NCBI RefSeq assembly: GCF_964204645.1
Contig: NC_134031.1
Span: 14,185,807 to 14,249,806 of the forward strand
DNA: 64,000 nucleotides
Direction of reading: 5' to 3'
Source: Tubulanus polymorphus
Lineage: Eukaryota > Animalia > Nemertea
Position numbers and translations under genes: made by a program. The notes beneath the pieces were generated by a model, which made no database searches, had not been told where the DNA came from, and saw only the letters and a list, made by a program, of their open reading frames with translations. Shown piece by piece: positions 24,286 to 39,830 of this stretch; within the stretch, counting starts at the first letter, position 1, and the number at the start of each line of letters is the position of its first letter.

Positions 24286-24833
24286 CTAATGTCTATTTAT
24301 TAATTGATGAGACCTGTTTTTCTTGGATATTTTGCTTACTTTTTGGGGTACATACCTCATTTATGTCTTAACAGAATGCCAAAAGTCGCGGACAACAACT
24401 GAATATCCGATATATTTCCAGTTCTGTACCAATTAGATGGATTGGCAAAAAGACTCCTTAAGTCCAATTGAATGAGAGAGAAAATCCTCCATTTTGTGAA
24501 ATTTCTTGAATTTTTACATTGTCACCATGCCTACGAAATGAAGTTATTTTTCTTGTGGGGTCTCAACAACTAAATCAGGGTGGCGTAGGCATGGTAACAA
24601 TGTTCAAATCCAAGAAATTTGACAAAATGGAGGATTTTCTCTCTCATTAAACTGGACTTAAGGAGTCTTTTTGCCAATCCATCTAATTGGTACAGAACTG
24701 GAAATATATCAGATATTCAGTTGTTGTCCGCGATTTTTGGCATTCTGTTAAGACATAAATGAGGTATGTACCCCAAAAAGTAAGCAAAATATCCCAGAAA
24801 AACAGGTCTCATCAATTAATAAATAGACATTAG
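24286..24833. repeat. Long inverted repeat / fold-back element (250-bp arms, 48-bp spacer)
   Basis: 24286-24535 is the near-perfect reverse complement of 24584-24833. Confidence 0.92.
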
Positions 24834-25412
24834 TCACTGACAATATTTTGAGTGTATTTCGTTATACACTCAAAATACACAATACATACACAATGTACCA
24901 GACAGAATACACGAGGTTGTTTCCGAATCGAAATGATTTGTTAGTATTAAAAATTAAATCAAGCTGTGACGAAGCGTCCATCACTTAGATTTCATCTATT
25001 ACATATTATATACTATATACATTGGATTAACAGATTATCGTTTTTTACATTACCTACAACTCTGATACGACGAGCCCCTATGGTCATGTTCGTGTGCAAG
25101 AGTGAAGAGAAGTGACGAGAACTGAAGCGTGCCGCCGTTAATAGTTTACTTCCGCTACAAGGCTCCACGTCTCGGACTTTAAAAAAATTTTTAGGAAACC
25201 CAATTTGAAACTTCTATTAGTTTATACGACGATATACGGTCAAATAACGAAAGTAGACACTTAGGTGTACACGGGTAAATTAAATATCCTCTCTAACGTA
25301 GGCCTGTGAAGTACCCTTTATAGGAAGCAAGTGGGTTGAATAAAGGTTTTATTGAATTGAATCATCGAATTGCGTTTGTTTACGACGCGCTGTAATAGTT
25401 CTGTCAAAAAAT

Positions 25413-25551
25413 ATGGACGGGTGCTCCCACAACAACTTCGTCGACAGGCTTCCCGATGAAATTCTTGAATATTTACTAACGTCGGTGTCTCCTTATTACG
25501 ATCTTCCGGCAGCTAGACTCGTGTGTAAAAGATGGCATAGAATAATCACAG
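25413..25551 (+). CDS. FBXO42: FBXO42 exon 1 (F-box)
   Basis: ATG at 25413; [16 protein letters not shown]; donor ACAG|gtatga. Confidence 0.9.
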
Positions 25552-28500
25552 GTATGAACTCATTAGAAGGAAGATTCGAAGTTAGAAGGGATTGAGAAAA
25601 CCAGACAGGCAGTCAAACTCAAAAAACAATTTTATTTTATTTCATTATGTGTCAGTGAACAAAAATCGCCTTAAACCCGTTAGCTGTGAATATGGGTCTT
25701 GAACTTTTGGGTGCCAGGGTCCCCGGAAGAAAAATTTAAACAATACGGGATAGCGACTGGTATTCAGGGCCCAGTTTCACAAAAAGGATTAATCCCTAAA
25801 TCGATTTAAGATAAACTAAATGAATGAAGATATTAAATCGATTTAAGGGTTAAACCGGTAAAAGTGCAGATCCGCACCTCTCGTGATTGACGCAATATCT
25901 GCTGAATGACACTGACAGAATCCTGTCTAAAATCTTTCTACTCTCTCTAAGTGAAGATATCTTAAAATTAACCAATGGCAATGAACTGAATTGCTGATGA
26001 CATTTTGAATCTGAAACAATGATATTGAACATAATTGATTGAACCGTTTACGCGGAGAGGTGCGGATATGCACTTTTACCGTTAAACCTTTTTGTGAAAC
26101 TGGGCCCAGACTAACCAAGATGTCCAAAACTGGGCCAAATGGTTTAGCAAGTTTCAATACGGGATATCAACAAATTCAAGTTCTTGAATTACTCGTTTGA
26201 TGGCGCTAGTCAGAACCGGAAATTGGAACATTTCATTGCAGGCTACACTGATAAGTATGAGATAATATTAGGAAATAAAATTGATTTTAGAAGGACTACA
26301 CTCGTAGATTCATTCCGGCAAGTGCTGCCACCATGTGATACCTGGCAACCAGTCTTTACATCTTCAGCCATTGCAAAATGTTTTTTGATAATTTTAGGAC
26401 ACTTATAGTCATTTCTAGCCTTTGCCGTGAGGTTTTTTCATATTCTACGTAACAGTAGGATGTCATATTTAAAGGATTACACGTGACGATATATAGTAAG
26501 TTAAATATCGCTCATTGAAAACTTGAAGCGAGAGATTTTCATTGCAAATGAACTAGAGCATGGAGGATTTAGGTTCCAATTTCCGGTTCTGACTAGCGCC
26601 ATCAAACGAGTAATTCAGGAACTCGAATTTGTCGATATCCCGTATTGATTAAGGTTACAAAATATGCCTAGGGATGAATAAAATATGAAAATCCCAAGTT
26701 TTTCAGCTATTCAATGCCCCTTGGTGACCATATACAAAATACAATGACCTTTAAACTCACCAATCTCATAGAGCCTGTCGCAAACTACAAATTCAAGTTC
26801 ATGAATTACTCGTTTGATGGCGCTAGTCAGAACCGGAAATCGGAACCTAAATCCGCCATGTTCTAGTTCATTTGCAATAAAAATCACTCGCTTCAAGTTA
26901 TTAATTAGCAATATTTTTAATAGTTTTGGACATCTTGGTTAGTCTGAATACCAGTCGTTTTAACGGTTCCCTACAACGTCTGACGCCAAATTGACATATA
27001 GAGGTTTACTCCTGTTTATTGCAATGCAACAACTGATTTTAGTGTCAAATCAAACCTTTGTACTCAAATAAATTAATTTTAGTCAGCTTGTTGACTTAGC
27101 TTTGAAAACATGTTTTATGATAATATTTTTGTTGATTTAATCGGGAACTGGAGAATTTATTGATTTGATTTGAATTGAGTTGATTGCCACAATCGGGATA
27201 TCCAATACGAACTAAATTAATAAAATGTGAAAATTTAATATGTCTCTCTAAAATGACTCTAAATGTTATTTTTTGTTGATAGTACGCATTAATTTTGGCG
27301 AATTAGGCCTATACCTTAAGAATTTGAAACAAGAATAATATCTGCATTGGCATTAATATCAGTCCAGTTGAATTCCGAATCCGTAATTTACACTCCCATC
27401 ATGCAACACGAAAAGCCGCCATATTTGTTATGTTGCTTCCCTTCAACCATTTTTTGAGGCGACTAGTCAAAAGTTGTGAGTTACTACGATCATCGAATGC
27501 TACTTAGGATTATAAATTTATGCCCAAACAGTAGTGAACTTTCATCTGATTACAGAACAGTCAGTTTAAGGTAAGTTGATGGTGTTTTCAGTGGTAAAAT
27601 AGACGCTCAAAGCCTCGTACTTCAAAAATGAGGGACGAAAATTAACCTTATATGTGCACTTCGGCCCTAGATGTAGTTTGGGGAACGGTTAGGTACTAGA
27701 CTAAGTTTTGGTTGGCCCTCAGAATCCAATTATCCCATACCCTACCAGGACAGGTGAATGCAAAGACAAAGTGGCTATTCATACGATTCATTATTCGTGC
27801 GGTTACGATGATGAAACTCATGTGAAATTTTATTAAAGCACTTGTGATTTCTGATAGGGCCTTGTTAATTTAGGGCATCTTTTGATTGTCCAACACTGGG
27901 TGATTGCAAATTGGCTACTCGTAAAACACAGCGAATTATTGGCGCAGCTTTCACCGCTACAGTCGCTGCAGTTCCAAAGCCACTACTGATTATTGTTACA
28001 ATATTATACTTGTAGTAATTGCCCTCCGTATCGCCAGATGGCGTATCTGTTTTTGAATATGTCTTGTGGTCTGAAATAAATGGTAGTTCATGTAACACGT
28101 TGTTATCCGCGTCTTAATGTGACAGAGCTTTTCCTCACGAACCCAGGTTACGGAGCTTTTTCTTACAATTGCTCTTAACCTGCCCTGTCGGATCTATTAT
28201 AAATCGCTCGAGCCCCTGACGGCGGATCTGCATGCAGGACAAAAGAGGTTCGCACGAAGCGACGGTTGTCTCCTCAGTGATTCCTCTCCGACGAGGCGCG
28301 GAAATACGATCCTTACAGCTTCCTCCGTCCGACGACGCCGACTCTAAATAAACATAACATAAGATCGAAATTAAATACGATCAAGTTTATTTACATACAG
28401 CAGGCAGAAATCAAACCATGTCGTTTGATTTCCTATACCAGAGTGGAGACTATACAACACACTATAAAGAGGGCACACTAAGTGGAGGCGCCACTATACA

Positions 28501-31500
28501 GTGCTATTAAAGAGTCCTCATACATCACCCGAATCACTCTCTCACATTAATATGAAAAAGGTTTCACATATGAGCTGAAGCGTGAAACAATTATCACACA
28601 ATTGGCGGCCATTTTAGTGTCTGAAGCAGGTTGGAACTTGTAGCCTTTATATTCGATTAGGCCTATTAATAGCACAGTCATAGGATAAATATCCTCATAT
28701 GGATTTGGGATCACCAAATTCTTTGTTTTTGCCACCAGGGGGAGTTAAATATTGAATAATATACAATTTTTCCGTTTATAATGATACTACTATTACTACT
28801 ATGCAATGCCCCCTGGAAACCGTATACAAAACACAATGACCTTGAAATTCACCACAATCATAGAACATGTCATGAGTTAGAATTTTGAAATTTATTGTGG
28901 TCACAAAATATGCCTAGGTACCAATATCAAATGGAAATACTAAGTCATTCTACTATTCAACGCCCCCTGGTGACCATATAAAAAAAAACTAATTACCTTG
29001 AAACTCACCACAATCATAGAACATGCCATGAGCTACAAGTTTGCATTGTAGATACAAATTTATGCAATATAATATGACTCACTTATTCACCTGATGGAGC
29101 TTCTATGCATTAGAAGCAAAAGCTCTTGCGTTAAATAAATAGTTAACCTCTATAGTACTACTCGTCTGAGTTATTTATTCTAAGCTCGGTTAATACGGCT
29201 ACTCTACCAATCTTCTCAACAAATTTGAAGTATGTGTTCAAAAGATTTAAGTGAAATATTTAAAAAAATGGATCCCAGACAAAAATTAAAAGACTTTAGT
29301 CTATCCACTGAGGCAGGTTTCGATTAGTGTCTATTAATTCTCGAAGTGTCTTCTGGTGCGTTCGTTTAGAGCAGAATACTCTCTGCTTATTCCGGAATAG
29401 CATAGACCCGAGAAGACCCGTAGAGCGTCTATTCGTAAAACAGAATTTAATCATAAACAACGCTCAAATTTCCTGTCCTGGCCCCTTGTAAAAAGTTGAA
29501 ACCATGCCTGCTAAAAAGATGTTTTACTTAATTTACCAGGTATATTGAATTGCAAGTTCCACAATTTCCGTAAGTCATTGCAAGAAGGCTTAATGGAATT
29601 ACAAGAAATTCCGCGTAAGACGACGAGCGGTCCTTACATCACGGATCGCTATTCTCACTGTGCATGCTACTATGAGAAAGTTATGTACGTATTCGGTGGC
29701 TGCACAAGTCCAAACGCAACGTTCAATAACTTATGGAAATTTGATCTGGGAACCAGAGAATGGCATGGGCCATTAGCGATGGGTAAGTGTATTGTGTATA
29801 GTTGCTAACAATGTCCTCAGTCTGAACTACCGGGCATTTCAACTGAAAGAAAATCATGAAACTATTTAAGAACCCCGTCCATAATCCCTCTGTGCCGAAC
29901 AGTGTAGGTACATTCTTTGTAATCCATAAACAATGATGCCATGTAGTGTAGAAGGCTTTCAGTGGGTTCAGGCTCGACCTGAATCCCATAAGAGATCATC
30001 AAATTATCTGCAAGTGATCTCAATACAAGGGAAGAAATTTATAGAAGGGTCTGTTATTGTTAGTTCCCTTTTGAGAAATCCTGTATTAGCTTTCCAGGCA
30101 GATCTTGCTGCTTTTTCTTCTTATGAAAACTGATATTTGTGTTTTAGGTAATTATCCATCCCCAAAAGCTTGCAGCAGTATGGTCACATATAAAGATAGT
30201 TTACTATTGTTTGGAGGCTGGAGTCATCCTACCCCATACCCCTTACATCAGGTATGTATGATCTAAATTGGACTTCTAAGATAAGTGTAATTCACAGTTT
30301 AAAAGTTACCCTTGAAGCGAGCTGATTTTATGCAGGGATGAGAATCTCCCGCGGATTTCACTTCCGAAAAATATCATTTTTTCAAATATAGTCCAAAAAT
30401 TATGTAAAAGTATAAGAGGTTGATGATGGTCCCGTGCAATTGGTAATCGGGTGAACGGTAAGCATTCAGTTCATGTATTACTTTTAATCGCATATTGCTT
30501 TTCAATGCTTATCCGGGTATTGCTACTACACTACCGCCTGTATGTATTTTATCGATCGGTTAAAGACACATGCATCGCAACAGTACAGTTGTAATGTATT
30601 AACTTAGTTGCATACTATACTACTGTTGCGGTGTGCGCAAATATTACAGACTGATGATTAGCTCACTTGGGACTTAAGTCCCAGCGGGCTATTGCGTTCA
30701 CTTTATGTATGTCCGTCCATCCGTCCGTCCGTAGACGGAATCCAGTTATTTTGGGAAGTTTTGAAGAAGTAAATGTAATGTCTTGATATTTGGGTTACAC
30801 ATGTGTCTACCCTAGACACATCTTCAGCCCAAAAATTGGCCCTGTCAGAATCAAGATGGCCGACTGGCAGCCATTGTTGTTTTACAGGTTTTTGAACTTT
30901 TTGAGGGAAATTTTGAAGACGCTATGATCAATTACCTTGATCTTTCGTATATATTTGAATCCCCCCAGCCACATTGGTAATAGGATTTACCTTCGAAATC
31001 TAATAGTCATTCATGATCGCTCTGAAGTGCCCAGAAAATGCTTTTAATTTCAAAAATTTTCTGGGGAAAAACCCCAAGAATGCTTTGCGTCTTTGGCACT
31101 CGCAAATACTTCGCCGTCATCTAGTTCGGGCTTGTAACTTAATCAAGATGTAAAACCGCGGATTTTATAGGTTGGCGTTCTCATCCGTGTTTATGGCACA
31201 ACAGATATTGACACGACTAAGAAATATGTCACGTGCAACTAAACACGACAAGCTGGATACGACCTACTGGCATTTGTTTCCCGATAATTTCTGTTGCATA
31301 GTCATGGCTTAGACTTAAGACCAGTCTAAGACTAACTTAGTTCTATAGCTAATCTAACAACTTAAGATCAGTCTTAAGATTTAAGACCACTTTTGGACTT
31401 AAGTCACGACTGTGCAACTGGCCCCTGATCAACTGTAGATGGTCATGTGACCAATTTGAATTGTGCTTGTGCCATAAACAATCTAAAAAAGCAATGATTA

Positions 31501-34500
31501 ATTTTATTTGAAGATTAATATTAAGTAGAGATACGAACCTAACAAACTGAAATTAGGAGTTGACGAAGACACTTCCATATTCAGTCCACAAGGGACTTTT
31601 CATCCATCATCTCTCGTAATTTCATCTGTTCGCCTGTCCGTAGATGGACCAGTTATTTTGGGAAGTTTTAAAGAATCTTTAGTGTACATGTATTGTCTTA
31701 ATATGTGGGTTATACATGCATCTACCCTAGATACATACTTGGCCCCAGAACTGGCCTGAACAGAATCAAGATGGCTGACGGGCAGTTATTTATTGTTGTT
31801 TACTAAAATCAGCATATTTTGCTAATGCATTTCTTGCTTAACTGCTTGTTAACTCTATAACATCATTTTGGTCACGTCAACCTTGTAATTAATGTTTTTT
31901 GACGCCTTATAAAACGTTACCATTATGAAACCTAAACAATGTTAACCATTCAGCGTCATTTTACAAACGACAACCGTAAATCGATGTGCAAAACGTCACA
32001 GGTCTATGTGTACAGATACAAGCTATTTGGCAAAATATTACTGACACAGATGTAGAATGGCTTCCTGTGATTATTTAATGACCTCTATTTGAACATCATA
32101 ATGTTATATTGCATTGAATATCATTAGAAGACGTATTGTAATAGTAAAGGATGTATGATTATATCAGGAGCGGCTGGCATATATAGAAATGATAAGTAAA
32201 TCGGATTAATCGGTTAAATGCCGGATGTATACACGATTTGGAAGTCTGATATAAAAGTCAGACCCTGACGGGGATGCTGGTGGAATGACAAAGCTATCTA
32301 CGATCTGTGTAGGGCCAGCGTGAATTTCATCGGCGGCTGCAAGCGGTCTATATAAAAACGTGTAAACATATAATTTTAATATTCAAATATTTTAGAAAAT
32401 ATGTTCGATATTAGGGGTATGCAGGTTTCATGAGAGTAGCAATTTATAATTGCATAGCTGTCATATACGGCTCCGCGTCCACTGATGGCGTGTGTATTAG
32501 GTGACAATTCAATTCAATTTATTATTGATCCTTATTACATTGAAATTCCCAAATTCAATAAAGTTACAAATTTAAAAATAAGAAAATACAAAATACAAGA
32601 CACATGGGTAATTCATACAGAATAACATGAATAAGTTATTTAAATGACAATGTCTACTTCAACCCAAACTCAAGTCTAGGATATCGAGTGACAGCCAAAC
32701 CGGGCCCCAGGGACCAGGCCGGCTGGTTACACGATATGCTCGAAGTCATGATGGAGCAGACATCAGAAGAGCTCTTTCTTCAACCATGGAGGAAATGAAG
32801 TTGCAGACCAGCTTAGTGGCAAAAGTGTATTGGAATCGGTCGCAAGTTGACAATTTTTTAGCTCCGCTGTGACCAAAGGTCAGCGGAGCTAATGGGTTAG
32901 GGGGTGAGCTGTCGTCGTTCATCCATCCGTTTGTTCCAGTCTGTCAACTTTTCTTTCAAATCGCTACTAGTCCTACAGTTTTAATCGGATCAATTCCAAA
33001 TTTGGTATGAATATTCTATGGACCAAGGCCTATAAAGTTACAGAGCCATTTTTTGGATTTGTCCCCCAGGGGCGCCCCCTGGGGATGGAGTTTCTATTTC
33101 TTCAAATTGCTATTAGTCCTACAGTTTTAATTAGATCAAGACGGAATTTGGTATGTATGTTCTATGGACCGATACCTACAAAGTACAGAGCCCTTTTTGG
33201 ATTTGGCCAAAAGGGGGCACCCCTAGGTATGCAGCTTCCATTTCTTCAAATCACACAGCGGAGCTATATAAGCCGATAGGCTCCTTGTTTTTTAATTAGG
33301 CCAGTCGAAGACCTGTATCATCTACCCAATCGCCAAATCTCATAATTCCCCAAATTTCTTAAAACTTCGATTTCAAATTTGCAATTCCACATTAGCTTAT
33401 CCCTGAAATTCTACATTTTTTCGCAGCGTCAAATAATTTGTTAAAATTAATTTTCTTGTTTATTGTAGGCAGCACGGTTCTTCTCAGAATTGCACACGTA
33501 TATACCAGCAATGAATGAATGGATACATACGGCTACATATAACTCGCCTCCACCTACTGCTGGTCATTCTGCTTGCATTGTTGGGGATTTGATGGTAGTA
33601 TTCGGTGGATCTCATGGACAAAATAATAGGTGATTAATGCTTGTAGTTGGGTTTTAGCCATCTCCTAGGGGTCCTCCTTTCCTCCAATTATTACCTTCTT
33701 ATTGTCCTCTTATGTAAGCAAAACCAATAAAGAAACTGGAAAATAACAGAAACAGAAATATATTAGGGTGTATTCTCGATTGCTACAACAAGCTCTTGAA
33801 AATTGAATCATACTGAAACATTGTCTAACTCGCCACAACTTACCATTACACACCATATAGAGTTTATAAATCATACCACAACAGAAAAAGATATCAGATA
33901 TAAGACCGAGAGGTTGCGGGTTCGAATCCTAGTGAAACCATGTTATTCAGGCAGGACACATATCAGTGCCAGTTCACTGATTTAACAACAATAAGTCGTA
34001 CCTGGCAAATATCTTCACATGATGAAGTTGGCCAGTAAGCAGTAGAAGATATCATCTAATCAGAATTTGAAATTCAAGATATCTTCATTCCTACTATCCG
34101 TTCTCTCCACATTAATCAACAATGTTAATTTGTTTAATGTTTTCTATTGCAGTTGTAATGACATATGGGTATTGGATATTCTCGAACGATCTTGGACAAA
34201 AATCAAAACCGCTAGGCAAGAGCCACAGCCTATGCCAAGATATGGACAGGCCCAGGTAACCTCATTAACCAAAATTACTTAATCAAATATGGACAATTTG
34301 CTCATATATGTAAGAACTACAATAGACTTCACCTTGTTTGATGTAATTGCACTCAAGTTAGTTGACTGGTAGTCACATTTATTCCCAACACAATTTACCG
34401 AGCAGGCAAAGTTTTAAGCCCTCTTGGGGCAAGGCGACAGTGAGCTATTGCATTTACTTTTCCTCCATCTGTATGTTTATCTTTAGGCAGAATCCAGTTT

Positions 34501-37500
34501 CAACGCAAAGTTATCAACACGCTTTCATGTTAGGTATTAGTATTTGATTTATGTATGTATCTAGTGTAGATGCACCTGCAGCCAAAACATTGGACGGATC
34601 AGAATCACGATAGCTGACTTGTGGCCATGGTTGTTTGGCAAAATCCATATATGTATATGTTTCTACGGCCTAGCATCACAAAAAAATAGGGTTGATCGGA
34701 AGCAAGATGGCCATCTCGTTACCTTTTCTATTCAAATCAAAGGTAATTGTAGTTACGTCTCAATTTTTTGGCCTAGCTTCTAAATTGTTAGTAATATTAC
34801 ATTGGAACTCGGGAGGGGTATATAAACATGTACTTTAGAAAAGATCGTTAGACATATCGGACATGTTTTCTGATCAGTCAATTGTTGCACAGTCTGTAAC
34901 GATCTCAGTTTCAATTGTTTTTCGTTCATATCTGGAGAATGGTTTTTCGGATACTAGCAAACTCCTTTCTTCACCGATTTATACACCGCAGATTGGTTGG
35001 CGTAGGTGCTTTGGAAGGGTTAACGTGTTTATTAAATCGGCATGGTGGGTGTACCGCAGTTTGCCATGATGAGTTATATCGTCATTGATTCAACATCATT
35101 TCATAGCGATATGAACAACAGAGGCGAGAAACCAGCTAAGAATCATCTGGCAGTATGGACAGCCAATGATTATATTTATGGGGGGTCAAGTCTGGTGCAC
35201 ACTTGAAATTTTCTTATAATAATAATCAGAAAGAGAAGAATTACAGCTTGTTTTCCGGCCAATATTTGGAGAGAATTATTGGCTGATCAAGAATACCCGT
35301 TTCAGGTATAAAACATCCCTTTCCAAAGAATACCCATCACAAATTGCAATGAGAAATGGCAAACCAGTAGGAAGCTACAGGACCCAGAATTCCGGCCAAA
35401 ATTGACATTTTTGGGCACTAAAAAGGTCATAGGACGGCCATCTTTAGTCCGATCAACCCAATTTTTCTTAAGCTGATGGGTCCTTCGGGTTATCAAATAT
35501 AAACGAAAGATCAAGGTAATTGATGAAAGCGTCTTCAAAATTTCCCTCAAAAAGTTTCAAAATGTGTAAAAAGTGCTGATTTTGGCGAACAACAATGGCT
35601 GCCAGTCGGCTATCTTGATTCTGACAGGGCCAGCTTTTGGGCTGAAGATGTGTCTAGGGTAGATACATATGTGACCCAAATATCAAGACATTACATTGAA
35701 GCGTCTTCAAAACTTTCCAAAATAACTGGATTCCCTCTACGGACGGACGACGGACGAAAAGTTAACGCAATAGCCCGCTGGGACTAAAGTCCCAAGTGGG
35801 CTAAAAATGTTCAATGTAAACAAAGTTATCAATGTATCCAACCTTAGTCATGTGGGTAACCACTTCCATGAGTTTATACTGCTACACTACTACCCGGCAT
35901 ATCCATTCAACAAACAATTCCACAACACAAATGATCTTTTCTTTCAAGTTCCAAAGCTAGTCTCGGACCAAAATTTTGAGAAATAAGAAGATAAAGTTGG
36001 AAATTGTCAAAAAATTTGATCGAAGCGTTTACTTTTGAATGAGGCCAAATTCATGCTACCATGGTTATACATGTAAAAGAAGTTAAAAATGAACCTTTTC
36101 TCCGAGTCACATTTTCCAGTTTTCGGTGGGTGGTGTATCCAGTAGGTTAGTTCACAGACGTCCGATCCAGGTAGTTGCCCGGATGTTGGTGACAGTGCCC
36201 GGTAGCACTTTTGATTCGTGTCCTTGCTATTTTCGCGAAATGATTTAATGCTCATTATATTTTTTTTGGTAAAAATGAGGCTTTATCAATCGAATAAAAG
36301 GCCAATTAAGGGTTATTTCATTGCAGTAGTTTAGAAAAATATTTTAGGTGTTTTTTTTTTCGAATTTAGTCTAGAATAAAATTCATAGATTTTCATTTAA
36401 GTTATTATCGGTCACATTATTACTAAAAAGACTTTGAAAGTGATATACATTGGTCTGTCGATCTTTTTGTACTATAACCGGCCATAATAAATCGATCTGA
36501 CGTATTTGTTCCTGCCTACCACTGTCTTGAGGCGCCCAGTTCCACCTTAGTGTCCAGGGTAGTTGTGAAGCGAACAGATCTGCATAATTGAAAGAGTAAG
36601 AATGATCAATGTAATATGTTTTCATTGATATTATTAAAAAAAACTTTGCCTCGAGAGCACATGACCGTTGGTCCTCTAGTATACTAAAATAGATCACTGT
36701 ATTGATTATGAATGCAAAAATAGTGATGGCAGCACATAAATTGCATATTTAAAAAATTAGCATCGCTAATGGCGATCGGTCCTTAACCACTAGGTGGCAG
36801 CGAAGATGTTAAGTTGTTATGATCCTCAACATTTACTTGAAGACTGTTTAACGTTGAACTGGCCACTGATTGCCTATTCGTATTCATAATATGTTTGAAT
36901 TTGTTTTATCAATTCTCTTTAGGTATTGCTAGACGACAGTCATATTCTAATAGTGGGAGGATGCGGTGGGCCAAACATGGTAAGTAAGATTAATTTTCCT
37001 ATCCATATACGTGCTCAATTTTCCTATCCATATACATGCTCTTTTTCCCTACCTGGCAGAATCAAGTTTTCACTTTGATATAGGCCTACCGTACGTATTA
37101 TTTTGTTATTTGGTTTATTTAGATTCAAAATGGCACGCCTACAGCCATTGATTTTGTGGAAATAAACTTGTATTTTCATATTTTCTTTATCTAGAACATC
37201 TAAACTGCACTATTTCCAAAAAATGCAGTCTAAAATGGCATATAATCTCCAGGGTCACATGCCCAATCATTTTCTGAATGGTTGGGAATGTCATTATTAT
37301 TATCATATCCAAAGTGTGAATAGACCAAAGAACACTACGCTAATTTTTACCTTCATGACGTTTACAGGGTTCTTACAGATCAGGGAATATCAGAATTGTT
37401 TTTCCGTGCAGGGAAAATCAGGGAATTCTGACTCTTTCCTTTAGAATCAGGGAAAAGTCAGGGAATTTGAAAAAGTAGCGTCATTTTCTGAAGCTCTGTT

Positions 37501-39790
37501 TTCAGGTAACTGTCTTTTCTAATTCTAAGTTGTGAATTGCAATAAAGCATAGTTTATCACCACAAAGCTAGAATCTCAGAATAAACATTACCCTGGCTTT
37601 TGAATGTTCTATTGTTATGGTAGGGTCATTATAGTTCCTAATCTTAATTATGAGATCATCAAATGATGTCACAATGTAAAGGCTGGCTTATGTTGACAAG
37701 CATGGCGCAAGCAACGCCAACAAGCAACGCCTACCAACGAAACTGGGTTTATCGCCGATAAGCTGCCTACGAGACGCCGCCAGTTGCTGCTCTACTGGTT
37801 CGACATAAGCCGGCTTGCGACGGCAACCCGATGCCTACCGACTCGTCGCAAGCCATATCCGGCTAATTGCCCATGTTCTACTCTGGCCTATGGTAGGCAG
37901 ACAGTTCCTTTCGATCGCAACCGACATAAGCTCATCTGTGATGAGACGGAACTGAGCACAGGGGTTCCAGCCAATAAGAGACCGCATATACATAGTACAA
38001 ATTATGACCGCTACTTAGCGTCATTCTTAATTAGTCATTTACTTTCGAATCAAGTAGTTCAAAATGTAAACGAAACATTCAGCACGGCAGATGACTGGAC
38101 CAAAAATCTAGAAACGAAATTGGTAGAATTATGGTGTGAGCGGCCATCTTTATATGATGTCGCTAACGCCTTGTATTCAAAAAATAATCAGTAAGATAAA
38201 GATCTTGAAGAAATAGCTTTTCTAATAGAAATATATTTCCCAACTCCTAAAACTTAATGTATTGCTTGATAAATGCACTAAAAAGCAGTACATTTCCAAA
38301 AATTTTTTGGGGAGAACCCTCAGACCCACCGCGTGGTCATGCCATCGCCATGTTGGGACCGTTTTCTGGTGACATTGCTATGTTTTCTCCGAGTAGAACC
38401 CCTCTAAAGAAATCAGTGTGCATGAGTAACAATCAGCCCCCAGTGACGATCCTTATAATTCAGTCAGCAAATTTGAATTTTCCGTGTCTTGTTGGTTTTG
38501 CTGCTGATTGTGATCATGGAATTTTGGGTCAAGGATCAGGGAATTATCAGGGAATTTAGGATTTCCAGATCTGTAAGAGAACCCTGTTATTCGAAAAAAT
38601 ACATTTTTTTCGTCCTTATGTTCTGACCTAATTGTTTGTAAAAAGTCAGTCTTCTCCCATCATTTGAATTCAATCCAATAGTTTTCACTATTTTTCATTT
38701 GTTTTGCTTATAATCTCAGTCTAATCTAGACTACCAATGTTTAATTCTGATGCTGATTAAACATACACTCATGTAAATTTAAGAAAGTCCATATCAAGAA
38801 TTTCGTTTCTTGTTTCATGTAGTGTGATCTTCGGGGTAGCGAAAATGGCCTTGTCTTTTCATGTAAAGATATATTAACAGAAATGGAACATAATCACCAC
38901 ATTGCCTATACCACCTTAACTATTTTTAAACTTGTTACATCACTACTATGTAAATCTTTCTGTAAAACTTTCAATACGGGATCATTCTTCTACTGCATCA
39001 TGAAGGTATAAGACTCGTGGGCATCTGTTATCTTGATTGACTGGCTTATTAGGCTCCAGTTCATCATAGAAAAATTTAAATGTTCAATAAGTGCACAATA
39101 CTAATACACTATACTAAATACTAAGTGAAATGCATGAAAAAAGATCACTATACAACGCGTCATCATGCGCGCGTGAGGTGTTATTATTTTTAAAAAGAAA
39201 GAGCCGACCGTAAACGCGGGCGGCTTCATGATTTGATGAGAAACAAGGTACCGGGTATCAACTTTGAAGGGCCTGATGCCGGATTGATTACTTGCTTGGC
39301 CCGTTATATTCCCACATGTTTTATGTACAAATAAGTCTTAGGTTCCTTTTTGAAAATGGCTATATCACTCGTATATTTATTGGATTCCTGCTGATTATTA
39401 TTTTAACATATTTTCCACTGAGTTTCGTCACATAAAAATCATCTTCTATTAGATTTGACTACTAACAACTTTTAAACGAAATGTTAAACTCTGATGATGA
39501 TATAACAGTCTCTTTCTGCAAGTAGTTTCTATTGATGTACTTACTGTGCTTCCTATTTTAAACTTGAAGTTACTTAAAGATACCGGTGGAAATAGCAATC
39601 GGCGCGCATACTGGAGCGAATCTGAAAGTTTGTGACGTCTTTCTTAAATAAATAAAGAAGGAAGGCTCCGAGAATATCCAAATCACAGGTTACTGTTGTC
39701 ACCCTGATATAATTTGCATATTTCATAATCATATAGATCTACAATGTCATATCGAACAGTTCATAACATTTCATAGCTCTACTACATATT

Positions 39791-39830
<40 letters not shown>

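Noticed and set aside
37784-38194. 136-aa ORF as a nested host gene in an FBXO42 intron
   Set aside because: Only the last ~35 codons resemble a MADF domain, which is cut by a stop and lies within a TIR element; treated as a Harbinger remnant.
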